Part shown: positions 1-11,358 of the stretch, one piece after another | Position numbering within the stretch: position 1 is the first letter of the stretch | Layout of the letters: every line of letters begins with the position of its first letter | From: Octopus sinensis | Taxonomy: Eukaryota | Length of the DNA stretch: 64,000 nt | Reading direction: 5' to 3' | Assembly: GCF_006345805.1 (NCBI RefSeq) | Contig: NC_042998.1 | Coordinates: 11,346,001-11,410,000 of the forward strand | Notes under the pieces: model-generated | What the model was told of the DNA's origin: nothing | Databases searched by the model: none | What the model saw: only the letters and a program-made list of their open reading frames with translations | Program-made: the position numbers and the translations under genes

Positions 1-49
1 CGTTTCGTTTCGTTTCTTCTTCTTCTCTAAGCTGGTTTATATATATATA

Positions 50-197
50 TACTCTTTTACTCTTTTACTTGTTTCAGTCATTTGACTGTGGCCATGCTGG
101 AGCACCGCCTTTAATCGAGCAACTCGACCCCGGGAATTATTCTTTTGTAAGCCCAGTACTTATTCTATCGGTCTCTTTTGTCGAACCGCTAAGTAAC
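50..197 (-). mobile_element. SINE family A, 3' half
   Basis: Reverse complement of the 3' body and (GTAAAAGA) tail of the full copies at 4815-5224 and 17379-17776. Confidence 0.85.
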
Positions 198-199
198 CG

Positions 200-231
<32 letters not shown>

Positions 232-309
232 CATATAAGTGACAAGGATGTCCAAGTATTAGTGCATTACGACCGTTTCAAGCTTCTCCTGAATCTTAAT
301 TACTTCTTA

Positions 310-358
<49 letters not shown>

Positions 359-360
359 AT

Positions 361-578
361 GTCTGTGTTTGTCTCCCACCACTGCTTGACTACCTATGCT
401 GACGTGTTTATTCTATCGGCAAAGTAGATTAATATAATAGTCACCAAAAGTTTCCATAGAATAATTAGGCAAAAAAAAGTATGTACTGGGGTCGATTTAT
501 TCAAATAAAAATTCTTCAATGCAGTGGCCCAACATGGTCGCAGGCCAGTAGCTGAAACAAGTGAAAGATAAAAGATAA
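361..578 (+). mobile_element. SINE family A, diverged 3' half
   Basis: Follows a (TG)n tract. Contains GGGGTCGATTT, CCCAACATGG and the tail CTGAAACAAGTGAAAGATAAAAGATAA. Confidence 0.75.
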
Positions 579-586
579 TGTATATA

Positions 587-1855
587 TAAGGTCATCCCAT
601 GAGTTCTGTTCGATTTTACCTTTTTAAATTGAATGAAATTTAATAGTATTTTAGAATGTCTAATGGAATTAAAAATTATTTTTATGCATTTGTGTACATT
701 TAAACTAATTAAACATTATTTTACAGAATAATGGAATTAAAATTTCTGTGATTAAAACCTCTTCTAACATGGAAGTATCCAAAGAGCATTTGAGGCACAT
801 AATGCTTTATGAGTACAAAAAAGGAGACTCTGCAGCCGAAGTGACCCGAAACAAACACTCAGTTTATAGGAAAGAATGCTTGAATGAAAGAACTTGCAGA
901 AGATGGTTTGCAAAATTCAGTAGAGATTTCAGCCTTGAAGATGAAGATCGAGCAGGACGTCCAGTTGAATTTGATGTTACGGTCCTTGAGGCATCGCCTG
1001 AAGAACATCCTGCATTATCAGTTGAAAAATTGGCAATAAAGCTTAGTTCAAACCATATCAGTTCATCGTCATCTTCAACAACTTGGAAAGGTTCCTAAAC
1101 TTGGAAAATGGGTGCCTCATGAATTATACGAAAGCAGCCGCGAATCCCGATTTGACATCTGCTCTTCTCTCCATTTTTGCGAACTCATTTCACCCTTTTT
1201 GGATAGACTTGTGACTGGTGACGAAAAATGGATCTTCTATCGAAATGTTAAACGTCGTAAACAGTGGCTTGGTAAAAGGGAAAAAGCTCAACCACAACCG
1301 AGAAGGGAACTATATGGGAAAAAGGTTCCTCTCTCTATCTGGTGGGATTGCAAAGGCGTAATTCACTTTGAAATGTTACCACCTAATGCAACAATCAATG
1401 CTCAAGTCTACTATCAGCAATTAGAGCGTTTGAACCAAGCTTTGAAGAAAAAAAGATCCGCTTTAGTGAATCGAAAAGGAGTGATGTTTCATCAGGACAA
1501 TGCGCGTTCCCACACTGCAAAGCTAACATCGAAGGGCTTGGTAGGGAAAAAATTCCTCATCCACCTTATTCTCCCGACCTTGCTCCTTCAGACTACCATT
1601 TGTTTCGTAGTTTACAAATAATATGGGGAAACATAACTTTCGTAAGCCAGGAGGAGGTCGAAACTGACATTTCAGAGTTCTTCGCTTTGAAACCAAAAGT
1701 GTTTTACATTGATGGGATTAAAAACTTGTAAATAGATGGAAAGAAGTCATAGATAATCAGGGAAAGTACATTGATGATAAAATTTCAATTAAATATAACA
1801 TTTAATCAGTTGTTTTATTTATTCAAAATTCGAACAGAATTTATGGGATGACCTG

Positions 1856-1856
<1 letters not shown>
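587..1856 (+). mobile_element. Mariner (DD34D) transposon, full length (~1270 bp), inactivated
   Basis: Terminal inverted repeats TAAGGTCATCCCATGAGTTCTGTTCGATTTT and AAAATTCGAACAGAATTTATGGGATGACCTGA, with TA on both flanks. Transposase remnants lie inside. Confidence 0.95.
769..1780 (+). pseudogene. Frameshifted mariner transposase
   Basis: N-terminal HTH (HLRHIMLYEY...RRWFAKF...DEDRAGRP), GKWVPHEL, LVTGDEKW, HQDNARSH and PPYSPDLAPSDYHLF, spread across different frames. Confidence 0.93.
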
Positions 1857-1919
<63 letters not shown>

Positions 1920-2007
1920 TAAAAACGGTAAGATAACAAAAGAAAGAAAGAGACCTCATTATTATGTAAATAGAGGAATTTATCTGTAAAATAATATGAG
2001 ACAATTA

Positions 2008-2604
2008 TTCGGTAGCCAAGATAAAACTCTGAGTTTCGGATGCCGAAGTGAAAATCCACACCACCATCTCTTCGGTTATCTGGCCATCTGAAAAACACTA
2101 TGAAAGAATACCGTTATACAAAGGGAAATTACTGTGTTATAGACCGTTACTTATACAAAAGCGCTAATTCGAATACCGCTAATTAAGATAAGGTTAAAAG
2201 TTCATTGTACACACGTAAGAGTGCCTGTTCATACATACACATGTATTTATGAACTTTTACGGTGCGCGTGTGTGCGTATGAGTTTGTATATATATATGCA
2301 TATACATTTGGCGGAAAATGCGAGTGAAGATGTGTACGTTTTCATAGTGATACATGCGTACGCACGTGGGTGCTCGAGCGCACATGTATACGTATGAACA
2401 GGCACGCTTACGTGTTTACTATGAACCTTATCTTAATTAGCGGTCATTCGAATTAGCGCTTTTGTATAAGTAGGGATCTATAGCACAGTAATTTCCCTTT
2501 GTATAACGGTCATTTTTCATAGTGTTTTTCAGATAACCGAAGAGATGGTGGTGTGGATTTCCACCTCGTCATCCGAAACTCAGAGTTTTATCTTGGCTGC
2601 CGAA
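2008..2604. mobile_element. Foldback/MITE-like element with ~185-bp inverted arms
   Basis: 2008-2195 is the imperfect reverse complement of 2424-2604. The ~228-bp spacer is TG/TA/CG-repetitive. No clear TSD. Confidence 0.8.
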
Positions 2605-3294
2605 AATAAAGCAACAACAACTTCGGATAGAAAGGCCCTTGGAAACATTAGATCCATAATGAAATGCAGAAGTTTGGATATCATATGCCATTTGGAGATG
2701 AGAATATTGATGTTTCAGAACCGAACTTTATTAATGAGAGACTAAATATCTCCAACATTTTGAAATAATATAGAAACTACATAAATTACAATGAAATGGT
2801 GGCGGATAACTAGCCAAAAAGAGTGAATATTCTTATATTCTTTTATTGATTTCAAATCAGTGGAATCCAACCATAATGTGGCAGCACTACTTTAAAAGCG
2901 TTTGGTCGATTATATTGTCCCTAGTACTGCTAGATTCTGAAACAAAACAACACCAGATTTAAGCGGACACGGACACACACACACACACAAACATGCAAAT
3001 TGCATATATACAAGCTTATGTATATGTCTGTATGTGTCTGTGTGTGAATGTGTGTGAGGAGTGATCATAAGGACGAGAATAAATGCCGCATCATTCGTCG
3101 TCTCGCACTCTAAAACTTCCAACAATCCATAATTGTACATTCGTCTATTCATTGTACCCGGAAGGGAAGAGTGTGAGTGAGCGCGTGTGTGTATGTATGA
3201 CAGTATGGTTAAGAAGTATCATTCGTAACCGGGTGGTTGCAAGTTCCGTCTCGATGCGCTGCACCTTGGGGAACTATCTTCTACTCTGGATGGA

Positions 3295-3678
3295 TGGAAG
3301 CACTCCATCGGTTACGACGACGAGGGTTCCGGTTGATCCGACCAACAGAACAGCCTGCTCGTGAAATTAACGTGTAAGTGGCTGAGCTCTCCACAGACAC
3401 GTGTACCCTCAACGTAGTTCTCGGGGATATTCAGCGTGACACAGAGAGTGACAAGGCCGGCCCTTTGAAATACAGGTACAACAGAAACAGGAAGAAAGAG
3501 TGAGAGAAAGTTGTGGTGGAAGAGTACAGCAGGGATCCCCACCATCCCCTGCCGGAGCATAGTGGAGCTTTAGGTGTTTTCACTCAATAAAAACTCACAA
3601 CGCCCGGTCTGGGAATCGAAACCGCGATCCTACGACCGCGAGTCTGCTGCCCTAAACACTGGGCCATTGCGCCTCCAC
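3295..3678 (-). mobile_element. tRNA-headed SINE (family C head, tail type 1)
   Basis: The minus strand starts GTGGAGGCGCAATGGCCCAGTG (A box) ... GGTTTCGATTCC (B box). The 3' part is shared with 19776-20055. Confidence 0.85.
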
Positions 3679-3771
3679 ATCTTCTACTCTAGCGCCGTAG
3701 TAACTAATATCTTGGGAGTGAATTATACAAATTATACAGACGAAGATTGCATGGGAGTCCGTTATACATAC

Positions 3772-3878
<107 letters not shown>

Positions 3879-3884
3879 GGTACA

Positions 3885-4040
3885 GTCGTCGTTGTGTCGT
3901 AAGAAGCTAGCTTTCTGACTACATGGTTCCGAATTCAATACTACTGTGTGGCACCTTGACCGTCTTCAACTACTGTCTCAGGCCGCCGACCGAAATTTTG
4001 TAAGTGAATATGGTAGATGGAAACTGAAAGTGATCCGTCA

Positions 4041-4085
<45 letters not shown>

Positions 4086-4285
4086 GCGTGTATGAGAGAG
4101 AATATGTGTGTGTACGTCTGCCACCAACTCTTGGTGACAGTGTTATTTTGTTTACGTCGCATAACCTACCGGATCGGCAAAAAAGACCTGGCAAAAAGTA
4201 CCAGGCTTTAAAAAATAAGCCCTGAGATCGATTTGTTCGACTAACAACCTTCAATGTCGTGCCCCAGCATGGCCTCAGTCAAATG
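3885..4285 (+). mobile_element. SINE family A, diverged full copy
   Basis: Degenerate head ...ACATGGTTCCG...GGTAGATGGAAACTGAAAG, an internal (TG)/(AG) tract, then 3' body and tail. Confidence 0.75.
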
Positions 4286-4558
4286 ACTCGAACGAATAAA
4301 AGATATACCTGTGTGAGTGTATGCGTATGTGTGTATGTTGCGTGTGTGTATGTGTGTGTGTGCGTGTGTGTATTCCCGCTTGACAAATGATGTTAGTTTG
4401 TTTACGTTTCCTGTAACCTATCGTTTTGCTGAAAAGAGACCAATGAAGTGCATACCGGACTTAAAATAAGATCTTGCGTCGAGTTCATTGAAATTAACCA
4501 TTCAAATGTATCTTCTAGCATCGCTACAGTTCAATGACCGAAGAAGGCTTAAGGATTA

Positions 4559-5414
4559 TAGTAATCCCTCGACTATCGGGGATGTTACGTTCCAAAATCC
4601 CCATCGATAGGTGAAAATCCGCGAAGTTGAAGCAGTACTGTACTGTATATTACTTTTTATTTTTATAATTTGTATATATTTATTTAATTTTAAATGCAAA
4701 ACAACACCACACACTCACCTTCCGAGTTTCGTTTTCTACACAGTATGTGCAACTCCTTGTTTATTCATCTACGGTACGCTGTGTATTTTCTTTTAATATA
4801 TTTTAATTAATGTGTGCAGGAGTGGCTGTGTGGTAAGTAGCTTGTTTACCAACCACATAGTTCCGGGTTCAGTCCCGCTGCGTGACACCTTGGGCAAGTG
4901 TCTTCTACTATAGCCTCGGTCCGACCAAAGCCTTTTGAGTGGATTTGGTAGACGGAAACTGAAAGAAACTTGTCGTATATATGTATATGTATGTATATGT
5001 ATGTGTGTGTTTGTGTTCTGTGTTTGTCCCCCTAGCATTGCTTGATAACCGATGCTGGTGTGTTTACGTCCCCGTTACTTAGCGGTTCGGCAAAAGAGAC
5101 CGATAGAATAAGTACTGGGCTTACAAAGAATAAGTCCCGGGGTCGATTTGCTCGACTAAAGGCGGTGCTCCAGCATGGCCGCAGTCAAATGACTGAAATA
5201 AGTAAAAGAGTAAAGAGTAAAGACAGTGCAGTACTATAATGCATTTTTATTTATTAATTCCTAATTTTTAGGCGTGAAAATGCTCATTTTACCACAGAAA
5301 TAATTAAAATCTAAAAAGTTATAAATACCTATCGGCCGCAGAAACCCGTGATATACTAATGAGTCCACGATATAATTTACATACATTATCCACAAAAATC
5401 CGCGATGTACAGTG
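4559..5414 (+). mobile_element. pogo/Tigger-like MITE remnant interrupted by a SINE
   Basis: Left end TA|TAGTAATCCCTCGACTATCG...GTGAAAATCCGCGAAG resembles pogo-type MITE termini. The subterminal motif AAAATCCGCGA recurs at ~5395. The right TIR is not clearly preserved. Confidence 0.45.
4815..5224 (+). mobile_element. SINE family A, full copy
   Basis: tRNA-like head (GGCTGTGTGGTAAG ... GGTTCAGTCCC), CORE-like CCTTGGGCAAGTGTCTT, internal (TA/TG)n, 3' body and GTAAAAGA tail. Highly similar to 17379-17776. Confidence 0.92.
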
Positions 5415-5639
5415 GGCGGGGTAGGTGATCAGGCCCATATTATAGAAGATACTTTCCAAGTTGCTACGGAGTAGGATTAATCCTGGAACTTCTTTATTAC
5501 GAAACGAACGTAAATAGTCCTGCATCTCTCCCTCTCTTTCTCACATTCCTTTGTCTCTCTTTCTCGATGTATATAAATATTAATATATACATACATATAT
5601 ACATATATACATACATACATACATATATATATATATAAT

Positions 5640-5707
<68 letters not shown>

Positions 5708-5802
5708 ATTATTTTGATAATCAGTGAATAAACTTCACTGAATATAAATATATACAATTACGAAGTCGAGGCAAATATCACCGGCTGACCGGTGTCTGCT
5801 AC

Positions 5803-5848
5803 TCTAGGCCGATGAAGGACAATGATCCTGAAACACGGTGTCCCTAGA
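5803..5848 (+). ncRNA. Type I minimal hammerhead ribozyme motif (CCGAUGA core variant)
   Basis: Stem I TCTAGG (5803-5808) / CCTAGA (5843-5848); core CCGATGA; stem II AGGA-caatga-TCCT; GAAA; near-palindromic stem III ACAC-g-GTGT; C17 at 5842. Confidence 0.75.
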
Positions 5849-6099
5849 TGCAGTTCCGGCAGCTGGGGGTGTTTGTCTCCCCTTCGTATGTGTATATAAA
5901 GACACAGGGAAAACATGTGTCAAAGCTATTAGGAGGCGTTCGATGCCTCCTAGGGCTATACAGCGGTGGTGTACCCCCTACTGTCACGTTCTTGTTAGAT
6001 TGACAGTATACAACCATTCTATCGCCCCACCACCGTACATGTCTCTAGTAGAGATTTAGAAATTCAATATTTCTTATATATATATATATATATATATAT

Positions 6100-7320
6100 G
6101 CTAGCAGTATAGCCCGGCGTTGCTCGGGTTTGTATTTTTTTAGTTGCGCTTAAAACGGCAGATCAGCTTCGCTGACTGACAGGTGACGGTCGTTTAGAGA
6201 ATGCGCGGGCTAAGTCTACACGCCTTCACTAGTCAGTTAAGGTGAGACAGTGTCACATGACAACTTGCTGGTGCTGCCTGCTGGACCCTAGCGGCAGGTA
6301 CTTGAAGGGAAAAATTTGAAAAGTCAGTCAGTCACCGCCTGACATCGAAAAGGCCAGGGAACAGAAGAAAGAAGAAGAAAGGAGACATGCACCCAACACC
6401 AGAGCTGAAGACACCTCCGAAAGAAGGGGGGGCCTCACCACGTCAAAACGATAGAGGAATAGGGGCCGAAACCGGACGTGGTTCCTCCTGATGATGCCTT
6501 GAGCTAACTGGATCCTATAAAGGAGCTGTTGTGGTAGCAGACCACGAAACACGGATGTAATTCCTCCTTGACATAGTTTCAATCTATGAATAAAAGTATA
6601 GTGTGGCGATGCTCGAGTTTGCTCTGAATGTGCTGCAAATGTGTAATGCCGAATCCAGTTGTTGGTATTGTTGGTTAGTATTCTTTCTATTAACATTATG
6701 GAGAAAAAACTTTCCCGTAGATTTAAAGCAAAACGAAGCTCAAGTTTCGAACTGCACTGAAAATCTATTAAGAAGTTAACACTGCAACAGTATTCATTAA
6801 GAAAAAATACACGAAAATCCAAAACATTAGTAAGAACAGTTTGTGGTTACAAAAAAAAACCCCAAAAAAATGTTATTTTGAAACCAAACGGGTGGCCAAC
6901 ATGAATCGTGGTTGTACCTTAAAATGAAGAAAATCGACTATTCTACATCACGTATAACTAAACAAATCTGTAAAATCAAAGCATATTCATTGAAGGTTTG
7001 ACTTGAACATCGTAGATAGTAACATCTTGCAGATTGCACTTTTTCTGGTTGAAATACACCGAAAAATGGCGACACAGCTGTCAAAAAATCGTAAAAAATA
7101 GAGATTTTCATAGAAAAAAAGCACCTTTTTGATGTAAATAATTTTTGGTCTTAACATGGTCCGATTTGAATTTTTTCTTCTACGGAATTAAGAGAAAGCC
7201 TTCTTCTATGATATTCTATCATACTCCCAATTTTGGTCAACTTGCGCCGCAGGGTCTCAGAGGAGATAGTGTTAGTTGAAAGCTACCAAACCTGCCATAC
7301 ACACACACGCACACACAACT

Positions 7321-7358
<38 letters not shown>
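6100..7358 (+). mobile_element. Helentron/DINE-1-like (Helitron2-type) non-autonomous element
   Basis: 5' end CTAGCAGTATAGCCCGGCGTTGCTCGGGTTTGTA and 3' end CACACAACTTCAGTTTATATAT are shared with 19408-19772. The architecture resembles DINE-1/Lep1-type elements. Confidence 0.7.
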
Positions 7359-7384
7359 TAGATTGTGTATTTTTCCTTGCTAAC

Positions 7385-8740
7385 AATTAACACGGAAAAA
7401 TAGATAAATAGTTACCAGTGTAGCAAAAAATCACAGGGTCTAACTCCTTTCAAAGGTAGAAACTCCGGGTTTACGTGAAATATTTTGTATAATATATACA
7501 AATAAATAATTGGAGTTAATGCTTTTACTTTTAATTGGAGTCAAATGCTTTTACTTCCGACACATGTTTCGAAGATATCACTGGTATTATTCCAAAGGAA
7601 TAAAATGGTGTAAAAACAATGTAATCTCTTCAGGGAAATAAAGAAATGAAACTCGTCAACATGATATTTTAACTGAATATGATGGATATGCATAGTGATT
7701 AACTAAACGCTATTAAATTTTTTTTTAAAAATCGCTAAAGGATATAGCGTCAAATGTAGCCTATAGAAAGAAGAGGGGTAAAGGAAAGAAAGAACCAAAT
7801 AAATGAGAAGTATATAACGATATATAAATTAAATAAAACCCTAAAGTCTAGGAAAAAATATATCTAGTGAATGTGAAATGTAAGAAGAAAATTAATGTTT
7901 AAATTATATATGATGCTAGATATCACTTATATGAGCTAAAGGTGTGTTTCTGCTAATGTTTACATCGGAATGCACGCTCTATAACCGTGTTTACAAGGGT
8001 GGTTTTAGAAAAAAGAATTAAAAATAGTTCAGAATTATCATAAGATATCGATATTGAGAGAATCAACCAATCTAAATTAAATTGTTTCTTGTGGTCTTTT
8101 AGAGACCAAATTATTTTACTAAGCCCTGTACTATTACGTTTATTCCTATCCCTAAATGTAAAGTAATGATTAGAAATTCTTTTAGATAACTGAGAATATA
8201 AGCTGTCTATATAAAAGAATACTTCATTACCAGAAGTAATTTTACACTGGTATATAGAATTTTAAATTTTAGAGTTACTTGACATAAACTTGATTCTGTT
8301 GTAATTGACTTCAGATGCATAACCTTGTTACTAATATTTCTAGTGGTATGGATATTATTAGCTAAATAATGTTAGTATTAGTAAATGTCTCCCTATTTAA
8401 CAGGCTAATATTATGTGTGAGTTGATAATAGAGTAATACTTAGAATTCTTTGGAAAATTCCTAATAATAGCTTCACGAAACTGCAAAGGAAGATTAGATT
8501 TAATTTGCCTCCCATAAGGAATAATTAACCAAATGGTTATACTATTAGTTATCTTATTTTTTAGTGTAACTATCTTTGAAAGACATAGCTTTACCTTTAG
8601 AACGAAAATAGGGGTTTAAATAAGGGTTGTCTCCCCTCTTCTGTTTAGTTTTGGCGTATAAATTAAAATTGATATCGTTTATATCCTTACAACTAGATTT
8701 CATATCTCCATTAGTAAAGGTAGAATAATATTAAATGGAA
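7385..8740 (-). mobile_element. Penelope-like element fragment (RT C-terminus, linker, GIY-YIG, 3' region with hammerhead)
   Basis: Minus-strand translation gives ITIWLIIPYGRQIKSNLPLQFREAIIRNFPKNSKYYSIIN, YQCKITSGNEVFFYI and NSTGLSKIIWSLKDHKKQFNLDWLIL, typical of the PLE linker and EN. Confidence 0.85.
7552..7640 (-). ncRNA. Type I hammerhead motif with long stem II (partly decayed)
   Basis: Minus strand: TATTTCC-CTGAAGA-(long stem II)-GAAACATGTGTC-GGAAGTA. Homologous to 27176-27265. Confidence 0.6.
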
Positions 8741-8856
8741 TTAATGTAGGTAACTTCCTCTAAATACAACAACCAGAAATGAACACACGAACAACATAAA
8801 AGAACTTGAATAACACTAGCGTTTAACTCCATTTATGTATTGTACATATATCTATA

Positions 8857-8900
<44 letters not shown>

Positions 8901-8987
8901 GTGTGTGTGTATATGTATATGTATATATATATAAAGTAAAAAGTTTAAAGTTAAAAGGAAGAGTAACTACGCTTAGGCAGCTTTTTA

Positions 8988-9109
8988 ATCACTACAAATG
9001 TTTCGATACATACAGTTCTTCGTTTAAATAGGATTTAAAGTTAAATTTAAATTAAATTATGTAACGATTTATCTGTATAAGAAGCTCTATATGTATCTCT
9101 TCAGGCGAT
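8988..9109 (-). ncRNA. Type I hammerhead motif with extended stem II
   Basis: Minus strand: ATCGC-CTGAAGA-GATACATA...TATGTATC-GAAACATTTGTA-GTGAT. Stem II has a perfect 8-bp base that extends further; the cleavage triplet is GUA. Confidence 0.7.
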
Positions 9110-9699
9110 ACTTAGTTGCTATCTCCGTAAGTAAATCTAGATTTCCATGCTACAACATCCATAGCTTCTTCTTTGGAACTAACAAACGCTGACAGTTTCA
9201 ATTCGATCGGTATGAGTGTTTTATCACGTTCGACATGAGCTGCAATGTGCACGATGTCTGTTTATTTATTCAGTTTCAACATGTTATTCTGCACATGCCA
9301 AACTGTACCATTGCGCAAAATAATTCATACATTAGCTCATACTTATACAATTACTTACACACCGATATACCATACATCACTGAGTGTTTCAATACACACA
9401 CACACACACACGCGCGCGGCGCGCGCGCAAACACGCAAACACATACACACATACACGCATATATATAAAAATATAGGTACATATATTCAGATGCACACAC
9501 GCATACATATACTCACATACATGTCAATAAACACATTTACATCCATACATAGACGCTTATACATTTATCTACTCCTTTTCATGTACATAGTTATATCTAC
9601 ATAGTTATATCGTTGAACGCTCCATCATAACTACATACTTTTATACATACGGGAAAGCGGTAAAATGGGTTTAGCGAGATAGAACAATAAATATAATTT

Positions 9700-10965
9700 A
9701 TACACTGTTCCATTTGGAAAATGCATATTTGGCACGGTGGTTATATCTTGGGATTTTCTCATGTTTATTCACTAGATTTGCATTACTCAGCATAGTACTC
9801 AGTGCTTCCTCAAGGCAAAGGTCATATTTACCGGACAGTGCGTTTTTTTATATTTTTGGCCATTCTATTTGGTATCTAATTTTGGATTCTTTCAGTCACC
9901 AAATGACGTCTGCCAGCGAGGTCGTGTGCCTTCTATTTATCTTTTGGAATGATGAGATGTGGTTTCGATAACGGACTTTGAATTGGTTTTCAGTGGCACC
10001 TATGTACACGTAATTATGTTGAGATCTGTAGATTATGCATTTATATGCGGATTTTCTACGGCATGTGCAGTTAATCGTATTCTTATTGTCCTTATGTTTA
10101 TCTGGCGGCTTTTTGATTCTATTTTCATGACGTTCCGTTTGGTTTCTAGTACCCGAGGCTTTGTTTAATCGGTAATCTGTTTTGTTGGATATCTTCGAAT
10201 GATATATTTCAACTATATTGTCACCGTCTTTTACGCTATCTGAGATTTTGCAGTCTATCTGTTGTTTAATTTGGTTATTGGTGTTAAATACTGTGTAGTT
10301 TAGATTTGTTTGTTCTCTACCAGCAGACGTTGTTTGTGTTCAATTTCTGGTTGTTGCATTTATGTATGTAGTACTCCATGTTGTATGATATTGCATACGA
10401 TATTTTCACTGTGTGTTTGTTGAATAAACGGTAGTATTTATGTGTTTTAGGAAAGTATCTATTTAATACTGCAATGAATTGCTTTCCAATCTGGGACGAT
10501 ATTTGGAGTCCGAAAATTGGCTTATACCATAGGACTTTCTAATTTTTGTACCTTTTGTTTGGTTTCTTCCATATTTTTGTGTGTAGTGATTATGTGTGTC
10601 AGTATTCCGATTTTTTTCTTTCCTTTCGGGTTATATCCATTTTCCTCCTATCTTTCCTTTCTTCCTTAGGTTTTCCCTTTTTTCTTGTTATTCGTTTGTT
10701 GATGTCATTCAAATTAACTGTGTATTCTATCTTATTTGAATTTGTGTTATTGTTAGTTGATGTTTTGGTATTTACAAACTTAATTCTTTCTTTATATCCG
10801 GCCCTAGCTAACGCTTCATTTTCGTATTCTGCATGTTGTTTGAGTATTTCTTCCGATGTTGATAATCGTGATATTCTGGTAGCTTCATTCTTAATTATTG
10901 TTTTGATTATGGAAGCTGGATGGTTGGAATTAACATTTATGTATCTTAGCATTCATTAGGCTTGT
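9700..10965 (-). mobile_element. Penelope-like element fragment (RT thumb through GIY-YIG C-terminus)
   Basis: YINVNSNHPASIIKTI...RISRLS...ALARAGY; QIGKQFIAVLNRYFPKTHKYYRLFNKHTVKISY; YIGATENQFKVRYRNHISSF...LADVIW*LK...YDLCLEE. Contains stops and frameshifts. Confidence 0.92.
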
Positions 10966-11024
10966 GGTATGATTCGTTCAAACATTTTCCAAAATAAAAG
11001 TCTCATCTGCCAATATACATATAC

Positions 11025-11077
<53 letters not shown>

Positions 11078-11093
11078 TTATGTGTGTGGTATG

Positions 11094-11126
<33 letters not shown>

Positions 11127-11149
11127 CACACCACACACACATATAATAT

Positions 11150-11180
<31 letters not shown>

Positions 11181-11279
11181 CTAATAATATATATATATAT
11201 ATAATATTATACATATCATAAATTAGAAAAAACACATTTCATCAATTCAAAATGAACAATTAAATGACACCATCTAAAA

Positions 11280-11358
<79 letters not shown>

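Noticed and set aside
6455-6500. GAAAC...CTGATGA arrangement suggesting a type II or III hammerhead
   Set aside because: There is no room for stem I and no stem II pairing.
6328-6822. 164-aa minus-strand ORF as a host gene
   Set aside because: No recognisable domain, and it lies inside a Helentron-like element.
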